A stretch of DNA of 48,947 nucleotides from Flavobacteriaceae bacterium (GTDB lineage Bacteria > Bacteroidota > Bacteroidia > Flavobacteriales > Flavobacteriaceae). Below are positions 28,759 through 38,435 of the stretch, piece by piece. A model generated the notes under the pieces. The model worked only from the letters and a program-made list of their open reading frames with translations, did no database searches and was not told the origin of the DNA. The stretch spans positions 1-48,947 of the forward strand of contig JAMONB010000078.1 of NCBI GenBank assembly GCA_027066745.1, written 5' to 3'. The position numbers were made by a program, and so were the translations under genes. How positions within the stretch are numbered: the stretch's first letter is position 1; every line of letters begins with the position of its first letter.

Positions 28759-30108
28759 CTAATCCTCTACAAGTTCATTTACTTCTAAGGCTTCATCAGT
28801 CGGTTGACCATGTTTAAAAAACTCAATAATATAAAGTGTTATTCCAACAATAAATAAGGTAGCCATAATAATAAGAACATAGAAGTGAATTTCAAGATCT
28901 TTTTGAACGGTCATAAAATCCATTTTCATTTTACGTTCCATATAGACTTGTGCAACACCAGCGACACCAAAAGCAACTGTCATACCAATCATACCAATAT
29001 TTGAAATCCAAAATGCCATTCTACCTCTTGCTGTATCATAGAATTTTCTTCCTGTCATGTTTGGTAAAGCATAGCTAATAATTGCAAAGACAATCATTGC
29101 ATAGGCTCCCCAAAAGGCTAAATGTCCATGCATTGCAGTTACAATTGTACCATGGGTATACAAATTAGTTTGTGGTAGTGTATGTGCGAAACCAAGCAAG
29201 CCAGCTCCAATAAAAGATACAATTGCAGAGCCAATGGTCCATAATAATGCTGTTTTATTTGGATGTTTCTTCTCTCCTTTGCGATACATATTTACGGCAA
29301 ATAACGCCATAGCTAAGAAAGCTAATGGTTCTAAAGCAGAAAAGATACCACCAACAATTAACCAAATTTTATTTACACCTATATAATAGTAATGATGCCC
29401 TGTACCTAAAATACCAGATAAGAAGGTTAATCCTACAATTACGTATAACCATTTTTCAATAACTTCACGGTCAACACCTGTTAGTTTGATCAATAAGAAT
29501 GATAAAATACCACCCATAATCAATTCCCAAACACCTTCAACCCATAAGTGAACAACCCACCATCTAAAGAATGAATCGAGAACTTGACTATCAAAATCTA
29601 TCATTCCTGGTAAGTAGAGTAGTGCTGCAAATAAAAGCCCCATAGACATTACAAGAGCTGTTGTTGTTTTTCTTTTCCCCTTAAATAAAGTAATAAGAAT
29701 TAAGGCCATAAACAGTAATACGTTTACAACAACTAGATAATCTAATGGTCTTGGTATTTCTAAAAATTTTCTACCTTCCCAATAATTAAAGTGATAACCA
29801 ACTATTGCTGCTACACCAACAAGAGCTAATGAGATTAATTGAACATAAGCCAACTTTACACTTACCAATTCATGTTGTGCTTCTTCTGGAATAATGTAAT
29901 ACGCAGCCCCCATAAAACCAGACAATAGCCAAACTACTAATAGGTTTGTGTGTACTGCTTTTGCTGTGTTAAAAGGAATCCATTCATGTAAGCCATCCAT
30001 TCCTGCATGGGCAAAGCCCATAATTAGACCATAGATTAATTGTAGTGATAATAATAGCATTGATAAAGCAAAAAACCAATAGGCTACCTTTTGTGATTTA
30101 TATTTCAT
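28759..30108 (-). CDS. norB: Nitric oxide reductase large subunit NorB (cNOR)
   Basis: VHTN, WWVVHLWVEG, GTGHHYY, ALEP, AHT...HGHLAFWG; 449 aa, no qNOR extension. Confidence 0.95.
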   Translation of the reverse strand: MKYKSQKVAYWFFALSMLLLSLQLIYGLIMGFAHAGMDGLHEWIPFNTAKAVHTNLLVVWLLSGFMGAAYYIIPEEAQHELVSVKLAYVQLISLALVGVAAIVGYHFNYWEGRKFLEIPRPLDYLVVVNVLLFMALILITLFKGKRKTTTALVMSMGLLFAALLYLPGMIDFDSQVLDSFFRWWVVHLWVEGVWELIMGGILSFLLIKLTGVDREVIEKWLYVIVGLTFLSGILGTGHHYYYIGVNKIWLIVGGIFSALEPLAFLAMALFAVNMYRKGEKKHPNKTALLWTIGSAIVSFIGAGLLGFAHTLPQTNLYTHGTIVTAMHGHLAFWGAYAMIVFAIISYALPNMTGRKFYDTARGRMAFWISNIGMIGMTVAFGVAGVAQVYMERKMKMDFMTVQKDLEIHFYVLIIMATLFIVGITLYIIEFFKHGQPTDEALEVNELVED

Positions 30109-30119
30109 GATGTGATTGT

Positions 30120-30560
30120 TTAGTTGTTAGATTTATCTTTTGCTAATGGAGAAACTACTGTTTCAAATCCGTTTAAATCGATTTCTCCAATCCATTTAAA
30201 AAAGGCTACCATATCATCGGCTTCAGCCTCAGACATATTATAGGCTACCATCTTTCTACCTCTTGGTTGCCATGGTTGTTCAGACATTAATGCTGCTTTA
30301 ATATAAGCATCGCCTCTACGTTCTACTACTTTAGTTAATTCTGGAGCATAGTAACCTCCTTCTCCCATAATGGTATGACATCCCATACAATTGTTTGATT
30401 CCCAAAGTTTTTTACCCCGTACGACTGCTTCGGTAATATTTTCTGAGTGAGATTGGTCTTGAGCTTCTCCTAATGAATACACAGTTAATCCTATAAAAAT
30501 TAGAAATGTAACTACTGTACCACCCAAAAAAAACGCTCGTGCTTGTTTTTTTGATAACAT
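30120..30560 (-). CDS. norC: Nitric oxide reductase cytochrome c subunit NorC
   Basis: TM anchor, CMGCHT.MGEGGYYAPELT, RKMV. Confidence 0.95.
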   Translation of the reverse strand: MLSKKQARAFFLGGTVVTFLIFIGLTVYSLGEAQDQSHSENITEAVVRGKKLWESNNCMGCHTIMGEGGYYAPELTKVVERRGDAYIKAALMSEQPWQPRGRKMVAYNMSEAEADDMVAFFKWIGEIDLNGFETVVSPLAKDKSNN

Positions 30561-30589
30561 AATAGATTGGTTTAATTTAATTAATTATA

Positions 30590-30660
30590 AAAAGACTAAT
30601 ATATCTTTTAATGTAACAAATGTATTAAGGCCTTTTAAATAAAAGCATGATTTTTGTCAT
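30590..30660 (-). promoter_or_regulatory. norCB promoter: operator, -7 element and Fnr-type box
   Basis: AAAAGACTAATATATCTTTT 30590-30609; CAAATGTA 30617-30624; ATGATTTTTGTCAT 30647-30660 (22-nt gap). Confidence 0.82.
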
Positions 30661-30762
30661 ATATGTTACATAAATATAAAGTTTAAAATAAAAGATAAAT
30701 TAGTATTTTATGATGTAGGTTTATAAAAAAAATATAACTTTGCGGCATTAAATCAAATTTGT

Positions 30763-31149
30763 TTGAATAAAAATACTTTTAGCATATTATTTACATTTCT
30801 ATATATAACAGCAATGTTACGTCCATTAGCACCTGTAATTGTATATTATGCAAATTACGATTATATTGCAGCAGAACTCTGTAAAAATAGAGATAAGCCA
30901 ATTTTAGACTGCAACGGTATTTGTTATTTAAATGAGATGATTGCTGAGGATAATACTCAATCTAATGGAGATCCAATAAGTACTGTGCCATTAAATATAA
31001 ATGATTACCCTATTTCTACCTTAGATTTTTACAAATATAATTCTTTATTTGAAGTTGATATTGAAGAGCAAATAAAGCCTATTTATAGAAAAGACTTCGT
31101 TATTAATGATTATACCATAGATATATTTCATCCACCACAATTTATTTAG
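30763..31149 (+). CDS. Cys-rich leader-type protein (DUF2946/CruR-like architecture)
   Basis: N-terminal TM, LCKNRDKPILDCNGICYL, C-terminal IFHPP; TAACTTTG -7 element at 30735-30742; start uncertain. Confidence 0.6.
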   Translation: MNKNTFSILFTFLYITAMLRPLAPVIVYYANYDYIAAELCKNRDKPILDCNGICYLNEMIAEDNTQSNGDPISTVPLNINDYPISTLDFYKYNSLFEVDIEEQIKPIYRKDFVINDYTIDIFHPPQFI

Positions 31150-31446
31150 TTTTCTACTCACATATCGTAAATTGATTTGTCAAAGAAGTTTGATGAAAAT
31201 AAGGTTTGTGTTTTCTAATGCAAAAGAAATATTTACCCAAAATTACTTTATTGAGTGCTGAAAACCACTAACTGAAAGTTTACATCCGTAAGCTAAATTT
31301 CAAAATATTATATAAAATAAGTTTTAGCATAATTTATATGTTTAAGCTTAAAACATAAACAAGAAAAGCTATGCAATTTGTAAGCTGTAGTTTTACTTTA
31401 TATAATAAAAAAAAGATAAAATAGAATTTGATTATTGTTGATTATT

Positions 31447-31483
31447 ACCCAGAAAGAGGGTGATTACCTCTTTTTGGGTTTTA
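31447..31483 (+). terminator. Terminator/attenuator-like hairpin just upstream of the TBDR start
   Basis: ACCCAGAAAGAGG-7 nt-CCTCTTTTTGGGT followed by TTTT, ~35 nt before ATG 31518. Confidence 0.6.
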
Positions 31484-31517
31484 TAATTAAGAATTACAAA
31501 ATAATAAAACCAAAGCA

Positions 31518-33818
31518 ATGAATAAAAATATATTATCACTGTTGATGAGTTTGATAGCATTATCAATTTGGTCACAGAGAATTACGGTAGAAGGGAGAGT
31601 AATAAGTGCAGAAAACAATGAACCGATTGAAGGAGTTCACATTAATTCTAAAAACTTAGCTAAAGGAGCAATAACAAATAAGAAAGGACTATTTACATTA
31701 TATGATGTAGAAAAAAATGATTTACTAGTTTTCACTCATATAGGGTATAATAGTCAAAAAAGTAGTGCGAATGAGAACATGATTATAACCATGAATGAAG
31801 CAAATATTGATTTAGACATGGTTGTTGTTAGTGCTTCTCGAACTTTACAGAAACGTAAAGAATTACCTGTAGCAATTTCTTCTATTTCTCGTAAAGTGTT
31901 GGATGAAGTAAACCCAACCTCAATAGATCAAGTCTTGAATCAAAAATCAGGAGTTCACATGATTGATTTAGGAAATGAACAACATATGATGGCTATTCGG
32001 CAACCTATTTCGACAAAAAGTTTATTTCTCTATTTAGAAGACGGTATTCCTATTAGACCAACAGGAGTTTTTAACCACAATGCATTATTAGAAATGAACA
32101 TGTTGGCTACTGAAAGTATAGAAATTATTAGAGGACCTTATTCTTCATTGTATGGAAGTGAGGCTATTGGTGGGGCAATTAATTTTATTACAGAGAAGCC
32201 TAGTAAAAAGCTGTCAGGTAGAGTAGGAGTCAGAGGACATACCGATGGTTATTTAAGAGGAGATTTTAAAATTTCTAATACTTTTGGAAAAACAGGTGTT
32301 TATTTAGGTGTTTACAAATCTGAAATCAAGGATGGAATACGTGACTATGGAGATTATGATAAGTTAGCTATAACAGGAAAGATTACCCATCAGTTTTCCG
32401 ATAAACTAGATTGGTCTAATACATTAACTTATATAGATTACTTTAGTGAGATGAGCGGTAGTTTAGATGAAACTAAATTTAAAAATAAAGATTATTCATC
32501 ATTTCACACTTTTACATTTAGAGATGCCAAAGCCTTACGGTTTAATTCAACATTGAATCAACAATGGAATGATAAAAACATTACTACTCTAAGTCTAGTA
32601 TTTAGAGACAATACGATGAAACAAAACCCTAGCTATAGAATTGCTAGCGATACTGATTTTGGAACTACTACAAAAGGAGAATTAAATAATAATAGTTTTA
32701 AAACTTTTGCAATTTATGCACAGCATAATTTTAAGTTTGATGTTTTGAAATCAAATTTAATTGTAGGAGCTAATTTTGATTCTAGTCCTAAAACTTTTGA
32801 GGCAGAAATATTAGATGTATCTCGTAATAATTTGGGTTTTTTCGATTCATATACTGCAACAGGTGTTTATAAATCAGATTATGAAACAGATATAAAAAAT
32901 ACAGGATTTTATCTTACTGGTGATATAGAACCCTTTAAAGATTTTAAAATTAATGCAGGTATCAGATATGATATTTATAGTTATGATTTTAGAAACGGAT
33001 TAGATGATGCCTCTGATTATTCTTCTGCAGATGCGAAAGAAACATTTACTGCAGTTACACCTCGTATAGGTTTTGTCTATAATTTTACAAAAGGAATTGG
33101 CCTTTATAGTAATTATAGTGTTGGGTTTATTCCACCAAGCATAGGCGATTTATTTAGAAAAGATGACGTACCATTGCTAGACCCAACAACCTTTAATAAT
33201 TTAGAGCTTGGTGGCTGGGTGAGCCTGTTAAATAATAGATTATATCTTGATTTTGCTGTGTACTCTTTAAAAGGTAAAGATGAAGTGGTTTCTGTATCTA
33301 CTAAAATAAATGGAATTACGGTTAGAGAAAATAAAAATGTAGGAGAAACAAAACATACTGGTGTTGAATTTGGAATTAATTTAAAACCAATTGAAGGCTT
33401 ACATATTAGATATAATAGTGCCTATTCTAAGCATGAATATATTAGTTTTGTAACAAAAATAGTTGATGGTCAGCCAACCAAAGATTATAGTGGTAATAAG
33501 ATGCCAGGAGCTCCTGAATGGGTGTCGAATTCAGGAATTGATTATAAACCATCTTTTTTTAAAGGTTTTAGAATAGGTGTAGAATGGCAACATGTAAGTG
33601 AATATTTTACGGATGATAAAAATAAGTTTACTTATGAAGGCTATGATGCTTTTAATGCTAGATTGGGTTATGATATAAAACATTTTGGAATATGGATGAA
33701 TATTATGAATTTATCAGATGACTTATACGCTACAAGAGCAAATACCGCTTGGGGAAGAACAACGTATACGCCTGGAATGCCAAGAACTTTTATTTTAGGA
33801 ATAAATTATAATTTTTAG
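31518..33818 (+). CDS. TonB-dependent receptor with N-terminal carboxypeptidase-regulatory-like domain
   Basis: LDMVVVSA, plug GNEQHMMAIRQP and IEIIRGPYSSLYG..AIGGAINFIT, terminal YNF. Confidence 0.9.
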   Translation: MNKNILSLLMSLIALSIWSQRITVEGRVISAENNEPIEGVHINSKNLAKGAITNKKGLFTLYDVEKNDLLVFTHIGYNSQKSSANENMIITMNEANIDLDMVVVSASRTLQKRKELPVAISSISRKVLDEVNPTSIDQVLNQKSGVHMIDLGNEQHMMAIRQPISTKSLFLYLEDGIPIRPTGVFNHNALLEMNMLATESIEIIRGPYSSLYGSEAIGGAINFITEKPSKKLSGRVGVRGHTDGYLRGDFKISNTFGKTGVYLGVYKSEIKDGIRDYGDYDKLAITGKITHQFSDKLDWSNTLTYIDYFSEMSGSLDETKFKNKDYSSFHTFTFRDAKALRFNSTLNQQWNDKNITTLSLVFRDNTMKQNPSYRIASDTDFGTTTKGELNNNSFKTFAIYAQHNFKFDVLKSNLIVGANFDSSPKTFEAEILDVSRNNLGFFDSYTATGVYKSDYETDIKNTGFYLTGDIEPFKDFKINAGIRYDIYSYDFRNGLDDASDYSSADAKETFTAVTPRIGFVYNFTKGIGLYSNYSVGFIPPSIGDLFRKDDVPLLDPTTFNNLELGGWVSLLNNRLYLDFAVYSLKGKDEVVSVSTKINGITVRENKNVGETKHTGVEFGINLKPIEGLHIRYNSAYSKHEYISFVTKIVDGQPTKDYSGNKMPGAPEWVSNSGIDYKPSFFKGFRIGVEWQHVSEYFTDDKNKFTYEGYDAFNARLGYDIKHFGIWMNIMNLSDDLYATRANTAWGRTTYTPGMPRTFILGINYNF

Positions 33819-33841
33819 TATTTAATTAGAATTAATGTTTT

Positions 33842-33865
33842 GGGGAAATACATTTGTATTTCCCC
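33842..33865. other. 11-bp intergenic hairpin
   Basis: GGGGAAATACA-tt-TGTATTTCCCC. Confidence 0.65.
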
Positions 33866-33883
33866 TTAAAAAAAGTAAAGATT

Positions 33884-35200
33884 ATGAGATATAGTAATTT
33901 AGTGTTTTTTTTTATATTACTGCAATTATCTTTTTTTTCTTGTAAAGAGAAAAATTCCTTAATTGATAAAGAAGAAGGTATAAACGTTAAGAATGAACTT
34001 TTTAAAGATACCATCTATAAATTAACAGATTCAAAAGTGAATTCTGAAGGTGTATTTATATTTAACTCAGGTACAGAAATTTTGATGAATTGGACAGAGT
34101 GGAGTAAGGAAAGCAATAAAAATATATTGAAGTTTTCATTTTTTGATACTATTTCTCAAAAATTTATGAAACCAATTTCTATTCCTCCTTCTAAAGGGTT
34201 ACAGATGCATGCAGAAAGTATGGCTAAAGTCGGGGTTACTGCTGAAGGAGTTCTCTATGCAATTTTTAGATTGAAATCAAAGTCTAGAAAAACGATGTAT
34301 GGCGGTACAATGTATTATACTATTTCTGCGGATAAAGGAAAAACATGGAGTGATAAAATTAAATTGGTAGCTGATGAAAGTTCAGATAGTCAAAGCTTTT
34401 ATGATATTTCTATTCTACCTGATGGAGAAATAGGAATTACATGGCTAGACAGCAGAAAACCAATCCATAAAAATAATAAAGGGAAAACACTATATTTTGC
34501 AAAGACAAATACTGATAAAGGGTTTTATAAAGAAATACCAATTGCTGGTTCAACTTGTGAATGCTGCAGAACAGATATTTATATAGATAAGAATAAAAAG
34601 ATACATGTGGCTTATCGTAATATTATAGAAAAAACAGAAGATTTTTCAAATACTAATTTTACCTTAAGTGATGTTGAAATTAGAGATATGTATTATGTTT
34701 CATCTGATGATAATGGGAAAACATTTTCAAAACCAATACCTATAAGTAATGATAATTGGCATATGAATGGATGTCCTCATACTGGTCCATCACTGGCTCA
34801 GAAAGGTTCTGACTTAGCAGCAGTATGGTTTACAGCAGCAAATAATACTAAGGGAATTTTCTTTACTACCAAGAATAATGGGAAGTTTAATGAACGAAAA
34901 TTATTAAGTGCTGAAGGACGTCATCCACAAATGATTGAGGCAGTAGGGAAGTATTTTGTTGTTTATGAAATGTATTATGAATTAGAGGATATTGGTTACA
35001 CTAAAATAGTGTTAGAAGAAATAAAATCTTCAATAAAAGATAAGATTAAAAGAGAAGTAAGTGATTTAAAAACCAATAATAATCACGCAGTTATTAGTTC
35101 AATTAATGATTCAACAATCTTAATTGCATGGATAAATAAAAATACAAGAAATCCAAGATTAGTTTATAAGTTGATGTCTAATACCAATTTAAACATATAA
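33884..35200 (+). CDS. BNR/Asp-box (sialidase-fold) lipoprotein with CECC and GCPH motifs
   Basis: Lipobox FFSC; Asp boxes SADKGKTWS and SDDNGKTFS; TCECCRT; WHMNGCPHTGP. Confidence 0.78.
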   Translation: MRYSNLVFFFILLQLSFFSCKEKNSLIDKEEGINVKNELFKDTIYKLTDSKVNSEGVFIFNSGTEILMNWTEWSKESNKNILKFSFFDTISQKFMKPISIPPSKGLQMHAESMAKVGVTAEGVLYAIFRLKSKSRKTMYGGTMYYTISADKGKTWSDKIKLVADESSDSQSFYDISILPDGEIGITWLDSRKPIHKNNKGKTLYFAKTNTDKGFYKEIPIAGSTCECCRTDIYIDKNKKIHVAYRNIIEKTEDFSNTNFTLSDVEIRDMYYVSSDDNGKTFSKPIPISNDNWHMNGCPHTGPSLAQKGSDLAAVWFTAANNTKGIFFTTKNNGKFNERKLLSAEGRHPQMIEAVGKYFVVYEMYYELEDIGYTKIVLEEIKSSIKDKIKREVSDLKTNNNHAVISSINDSTILIAWINKNTRNPRLVYKLMSNTNLNI

Positions 35201-35347
35201 CGTTGTATATAACAATTTCTTTTTCAAAATATTATCGTTAAAATTATATCGTAACTATGGCTATGCTAAAATATTTTGTCTCAACCTTGCAAAAAATAAT
35301 AGCAATTTTATTTTACGACATCAAATATTTAAATTGGTATAAGTAAT

Positions 35348-35393
35348 AAAAAGGCTGTCTCGAATAGAAAATCTATTTTTCGATACAGCCTTT
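35348..35393 (-). terminator. Intrinsic terminator (minus strand; possibly bidirectional)
   Basis: AAAGGCTGT.TCGAA...TTCGA.ACAGCCTTT with a longer T run on the minus strand. Confidence 0.78.
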
Positions 35394-35500
35394 CAAACTA
35401 AAATAATCAAAAAATGCAAATTTACATCATCAAATGATTCTGTAAATTAAAATTTTGTTAACGTAAATCCAAAATTACCAGAATAAGGTTCACTTTTACA
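35348..35500 (-). ncRNA. Candidate Fnr-activated small RNA (~150 nt)
   Basis: Box ATGACATTTGTCAT 35534-35547, 22-nt gap, TACATTTG (35504-35511), no credible ORF, internal hairpin AATTTACA/TGTAAATT, terminator. Confidence 0.55.
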
Positions 35501-35573
35501 ACACAAATGTATAATAAGTAGTTCTAGTAAAAAATGACATTTGTCATGTGTGTTATCATAAGTATGCAGAGTG

Positions 35574-36356
35574 TTAAAAATCTTTTTTACGTAATTTCAT
35601 TTTCATTCTAGCTAATGGCAAAATCACCCATAAGCAGAGTACTAAAAATGAAAGAAATGATCCTGTTTTTGTACCAAAAAAATCTTTAAAAACAGCACCA
35701 GTATAACCTAACAATACAGAAATATCAAGTTTTAATAAAATCAATATTCGAGAGAGATCTATGGGGTTAAACATCGTAGCGAATAAAGAGAATTTGTCTA
35801 AAGGATATTCATTAAAAGTAATTAAAGAAATCATAAACAATCCATCATAAATAACAGCCAAGAATAACCACAATAAAATGGCATAGCCAAACCCTTTTAT
35901 TTTATTTTCTGTAGATAGAGCTATGTTATAAGCAAGTGCAACAAAAATAAAGTTGAGAAATGACCCAACTAAGATCAGTAAACTAAAATCAAAAATTGCT
36001 GTAGATTTAGACAGTCCGTATATCATAAAAGGAATACCTAATCCTAATACTAGGCTGAGGGTTAATGATAATGAAATACCTAAATATTGCCCTATGAAAA
36101 TTTTACTTCGTTTAATAGGTTGAGCTAGTAGAAGTTCAGTAAATTCTTTAGAGTTGTAGTAGTACATTACTCCAAATATGGTTCCGATTAAGGGGGTTAA
36201 AACTATAATAATATTCATTAAAGTAATTACAGCTTTGTTCATGTCATTATTTAAAAATAAGAGCACAAAACCTAGAAATAAATAGAAAATAAAGTAAACA
36301 TAACTCCATCTACTACGTAACAAATCATAAAAACTATATTTTAATATTTTAAGCAT
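35574..36356 (-). CDS. nosY: ABC permease NosY
   Basis: ELLLAQPIKR, FNPIDLSR; multiple TM helices; follows nosF. Confidence 0.9.
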   Translation of the reverse strand: MLKILKYSFYDLLRSRWSYVYFIFYLFLGFVLLFLNNDMNKAVITLMNIIIVLTPLIGTIFGVMYYYNSKEFTELLLAQPIKRSKIFIGQYLGISLSLTLSLVLGLGIPFMIYGLSKSTAIFDFSLLILVGSFLNFIFVALAYNIALSTENKIKGFGYAILLWLFLAVIYDGLFMISLITFNEYPLDKFSLFATMFNPIDLSRILILLKLDISVLLGYTGAVFKDFFGTKTGSFLSFLVLCLWVILPLARMKMKLRKKDF

Positions 36357-36357
36357 A

Positions 36358-37068
36358 TTATTTAGATATTAAGTTGGCAATTGCATGCTCTAAGTTTGGT
36401 TGATTTGTTTGTTGTTTAAGCTTAGCAACACTTCCTTTAAAGTAAATTTTTCCATCCAATAAAAATACAATTTCATCAGCCATTTCATCTACAAAACTCA
36501 TAATATGTGTTGTTATTAAGATTGTTTTTCCTTTTTCTTTTTCTTTGACAATAAGTTCTTTAAGGTGGATTAATGCAATGGGGTCTAGGCCTGTTGTTGG
36601 TTCATCAAGTATAATTAAATCACTATCAAACATAAAGGTTAACACTAAATTTACTTTTTGTTTTGTTCCGCCAGACAGATTACCCAATTTTTTATTTAAA
36701 AACTCTTGTAACCCAAAAAGGTCAATTAAATTTTGTTCGTGAGCTTCTTTTGGACGTAAATTTTTAACCATGTTAATCAGTTCAATAACTGATAGGTTAG
36801 CTGGGAAGTTGGCAATTTGGGGTAAATAGTTTAAGTTGTTTCTATAATCCCATTTTTTTAGAACAGATTTTTTAGCAATTGAAATGGTACCTTTATTAGG
36901 TATGACCATACCTAATAAACATTTAATCAAGGTAGTTTTACCTGAGCCATTTGGGCCTAAAATAGCAAATATACCACCTTCTGATCCTTCAGGGTTAATG
37001 GTTAAATCTAAACCATCTAAAACGGTGAGTTTTCCAAATTTTTTATGTAGGTTTTTTATTTCTATCAT
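36358..37068 (-). CDS. nosF: ABC ATPase NosF
   Basis: GPNGSGKT, LSGG, ILDEPTTGLD. Confidence 0.9.
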   Translation of the reverse strand: MIEIKNLHKKFGKLTVLDGLDLTINPEGSEGGIFAILGPNGSGKTTLIKCLLGMVIPNKGTISIAKKSVLKKWDYRNNLNYLPQIANFPANLSVIELINMVKNLRPKEAHEQNLIDLFGLQEFLNKKLGNLSGGTKQKVNLVLTFMFDSDLIILDEPTTGLDPIALIHLKELIVKEKEKGKTILITTHIMSFVDEMADEIVFLLDGKIYFKGSVAKLKQQTNQPNLEHAIANLISK

Positions 37069-37126
37069 ATGAGATATGAATTACAAGAATTAGCACAAAT
37101 TGTTTTCATAATTTTTATGTTGCTCT

Positions 37127-38434
37127 CTATTCTAAAGGGTTTATGGGTTTCATTAATGGTTTATTATCCATTAAGTTATCTGGTGTAAAAACGGGAGAAA
37201 CTTTTTCAGAAAAATTAATAATATCAACAAATAAACTTCGTAATAGTACTAATGTTTCTGGAGTTTTGTTTACAACATATGAAAATAATTTTACAGGCCT
37301 AAAGGGTACATCTCCAATACCATTTTTATCAAGATCGTAGCCAGTATATTCACTCCAGTAATTGGCTTCAAATTTATTGTCGTTTAATCTGCTATTATAA
37401 GATAAATCAAATGCATTGTGCATAAAATTATTAAATTCAAAAACATTGGTATAACAGCCCCCTGTAAATTTTAATGCCCATCCGTTTCTAATAAAATGAT
37501 TATTTTTATAATTGATTCGGTTACAACCATCAATGTTTATACCTGTAGTATTTTGTTCAAAAATATTTTCATAAATTTCAGCATCATTAATTTCTTTTAA
37601 GAGTAGGCCGTATGCAGCAGTACCCCAATTGTAATGAAAGGTGTTATGATGCATTTTTATAAACTTAGAAAACATTACAGCAACCCCAGCTCCATTAGTT
37701 TTAAATTCATTATGATGATATTCATTATAGTGAGAAAACATAAAATGCAAACCATACCTAATATTATTCTTACTTGTATTGTTTGAAATGAAACTTTTAT
37801 TTACAAATTCTAAATAAATACCATCTCTCATCCCAGTAATGGTATTTTGTTCAATCCTTAAATTTTTACACTTCCATACATGTACACCATTTCCTGAACT
37901 GGTTTCATCAATGGCATTGCCTGTTACTTTGTTATTCTGAATTAAACCATATTTAGAACTTTGTATAATGAATCCATAAAAAACATTATTCAATAGATTA
38001 TTTTTTAATGTGAAATTTTTACTGTGTGAAACAAAAATAGCAGCAATTTCTTTGGTGTAACTCATTCCGATATTTATAAATTTAAAACCCGAAATACTGA
38101 AATTATTAGCACTAATAGCAAAAACACTATCCGTTTTGTTTTCAGCGTCTATCACTGGATAATCTTCCCCTATAAGATGTATAGATTTTTTGACAAAGAT
38201 TTGGGTTTCTTTATACAAACCTTTCTTCACTAAAATAGTGTCACCATCTTTTGCAAAAGAAACAGCATCTTTTATTGTTTTTGTTTTACAAGAAGCACAT
38301 ACGTTTATGGTTTTAGTTTGTGCATGAAAATTTGTTGAAAATAAGAAAAGTAATAGAAAACCATATAAGATTCTCCAACCTTGTTTTGTAGAGTCTAGGT
38401 ATTCAGTCTTCTGTTTTGTAACTTCTGACGTCAT
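37127..38434 (-). CDS. nosD: N2O reductase maturation protein NosD
   Basis: Beta-helix repeats, RDGIY, RYGLHFMFS, NYWSEY.GYDLDKNGIGDVPF. Confidence 0.92.
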   Translation of the reverse strand: MTSEVTKQKTEYLDSTKQGWRILYGFLLLFLFSTNFHAQTKTINVCASCKTKTIKDAVSFAKDGDTILVKKGLYKETQIFVKKSIHLIGEDYPVIDAENKTDSVFAISANNFSISGFKFINIGMSYTKEIAAIFVSHSKNFTLKNNLLNNVFYGFIIQSSKYGLIQNNKVTGNAIDETSSGNGVHVWKCKNLRIEQNTITGMRDGIYLEFVNKSFISNNTSKNNIRYGLHFMFSHYNEYHHNEFKTNGAGVAVMFSKFIKMHHNTFHYNWGTAAYGLLLKEINDAEIYENIFEQNTTGINIDGCNRINYKNNHFIRNGWALKFTGGCYTNVFEFNNFMHNAFDLSYNSRLNDNKFEANYWSEYTGYDLDKNGIGDVPFRPVKLFSYVVNKTPETLVLLRSLFVDIINFSEKVSPVFTPDNLMDNKPLMKPINPLE

Positions 38435-38435
38435 T

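Noticed and set aside
31411-31430. AAAAGATAAAATAGAATTTG as another Rrf2-type operator
   Set aside because: The right half-site has three mismatches; plausible by chance in A-rich DNA
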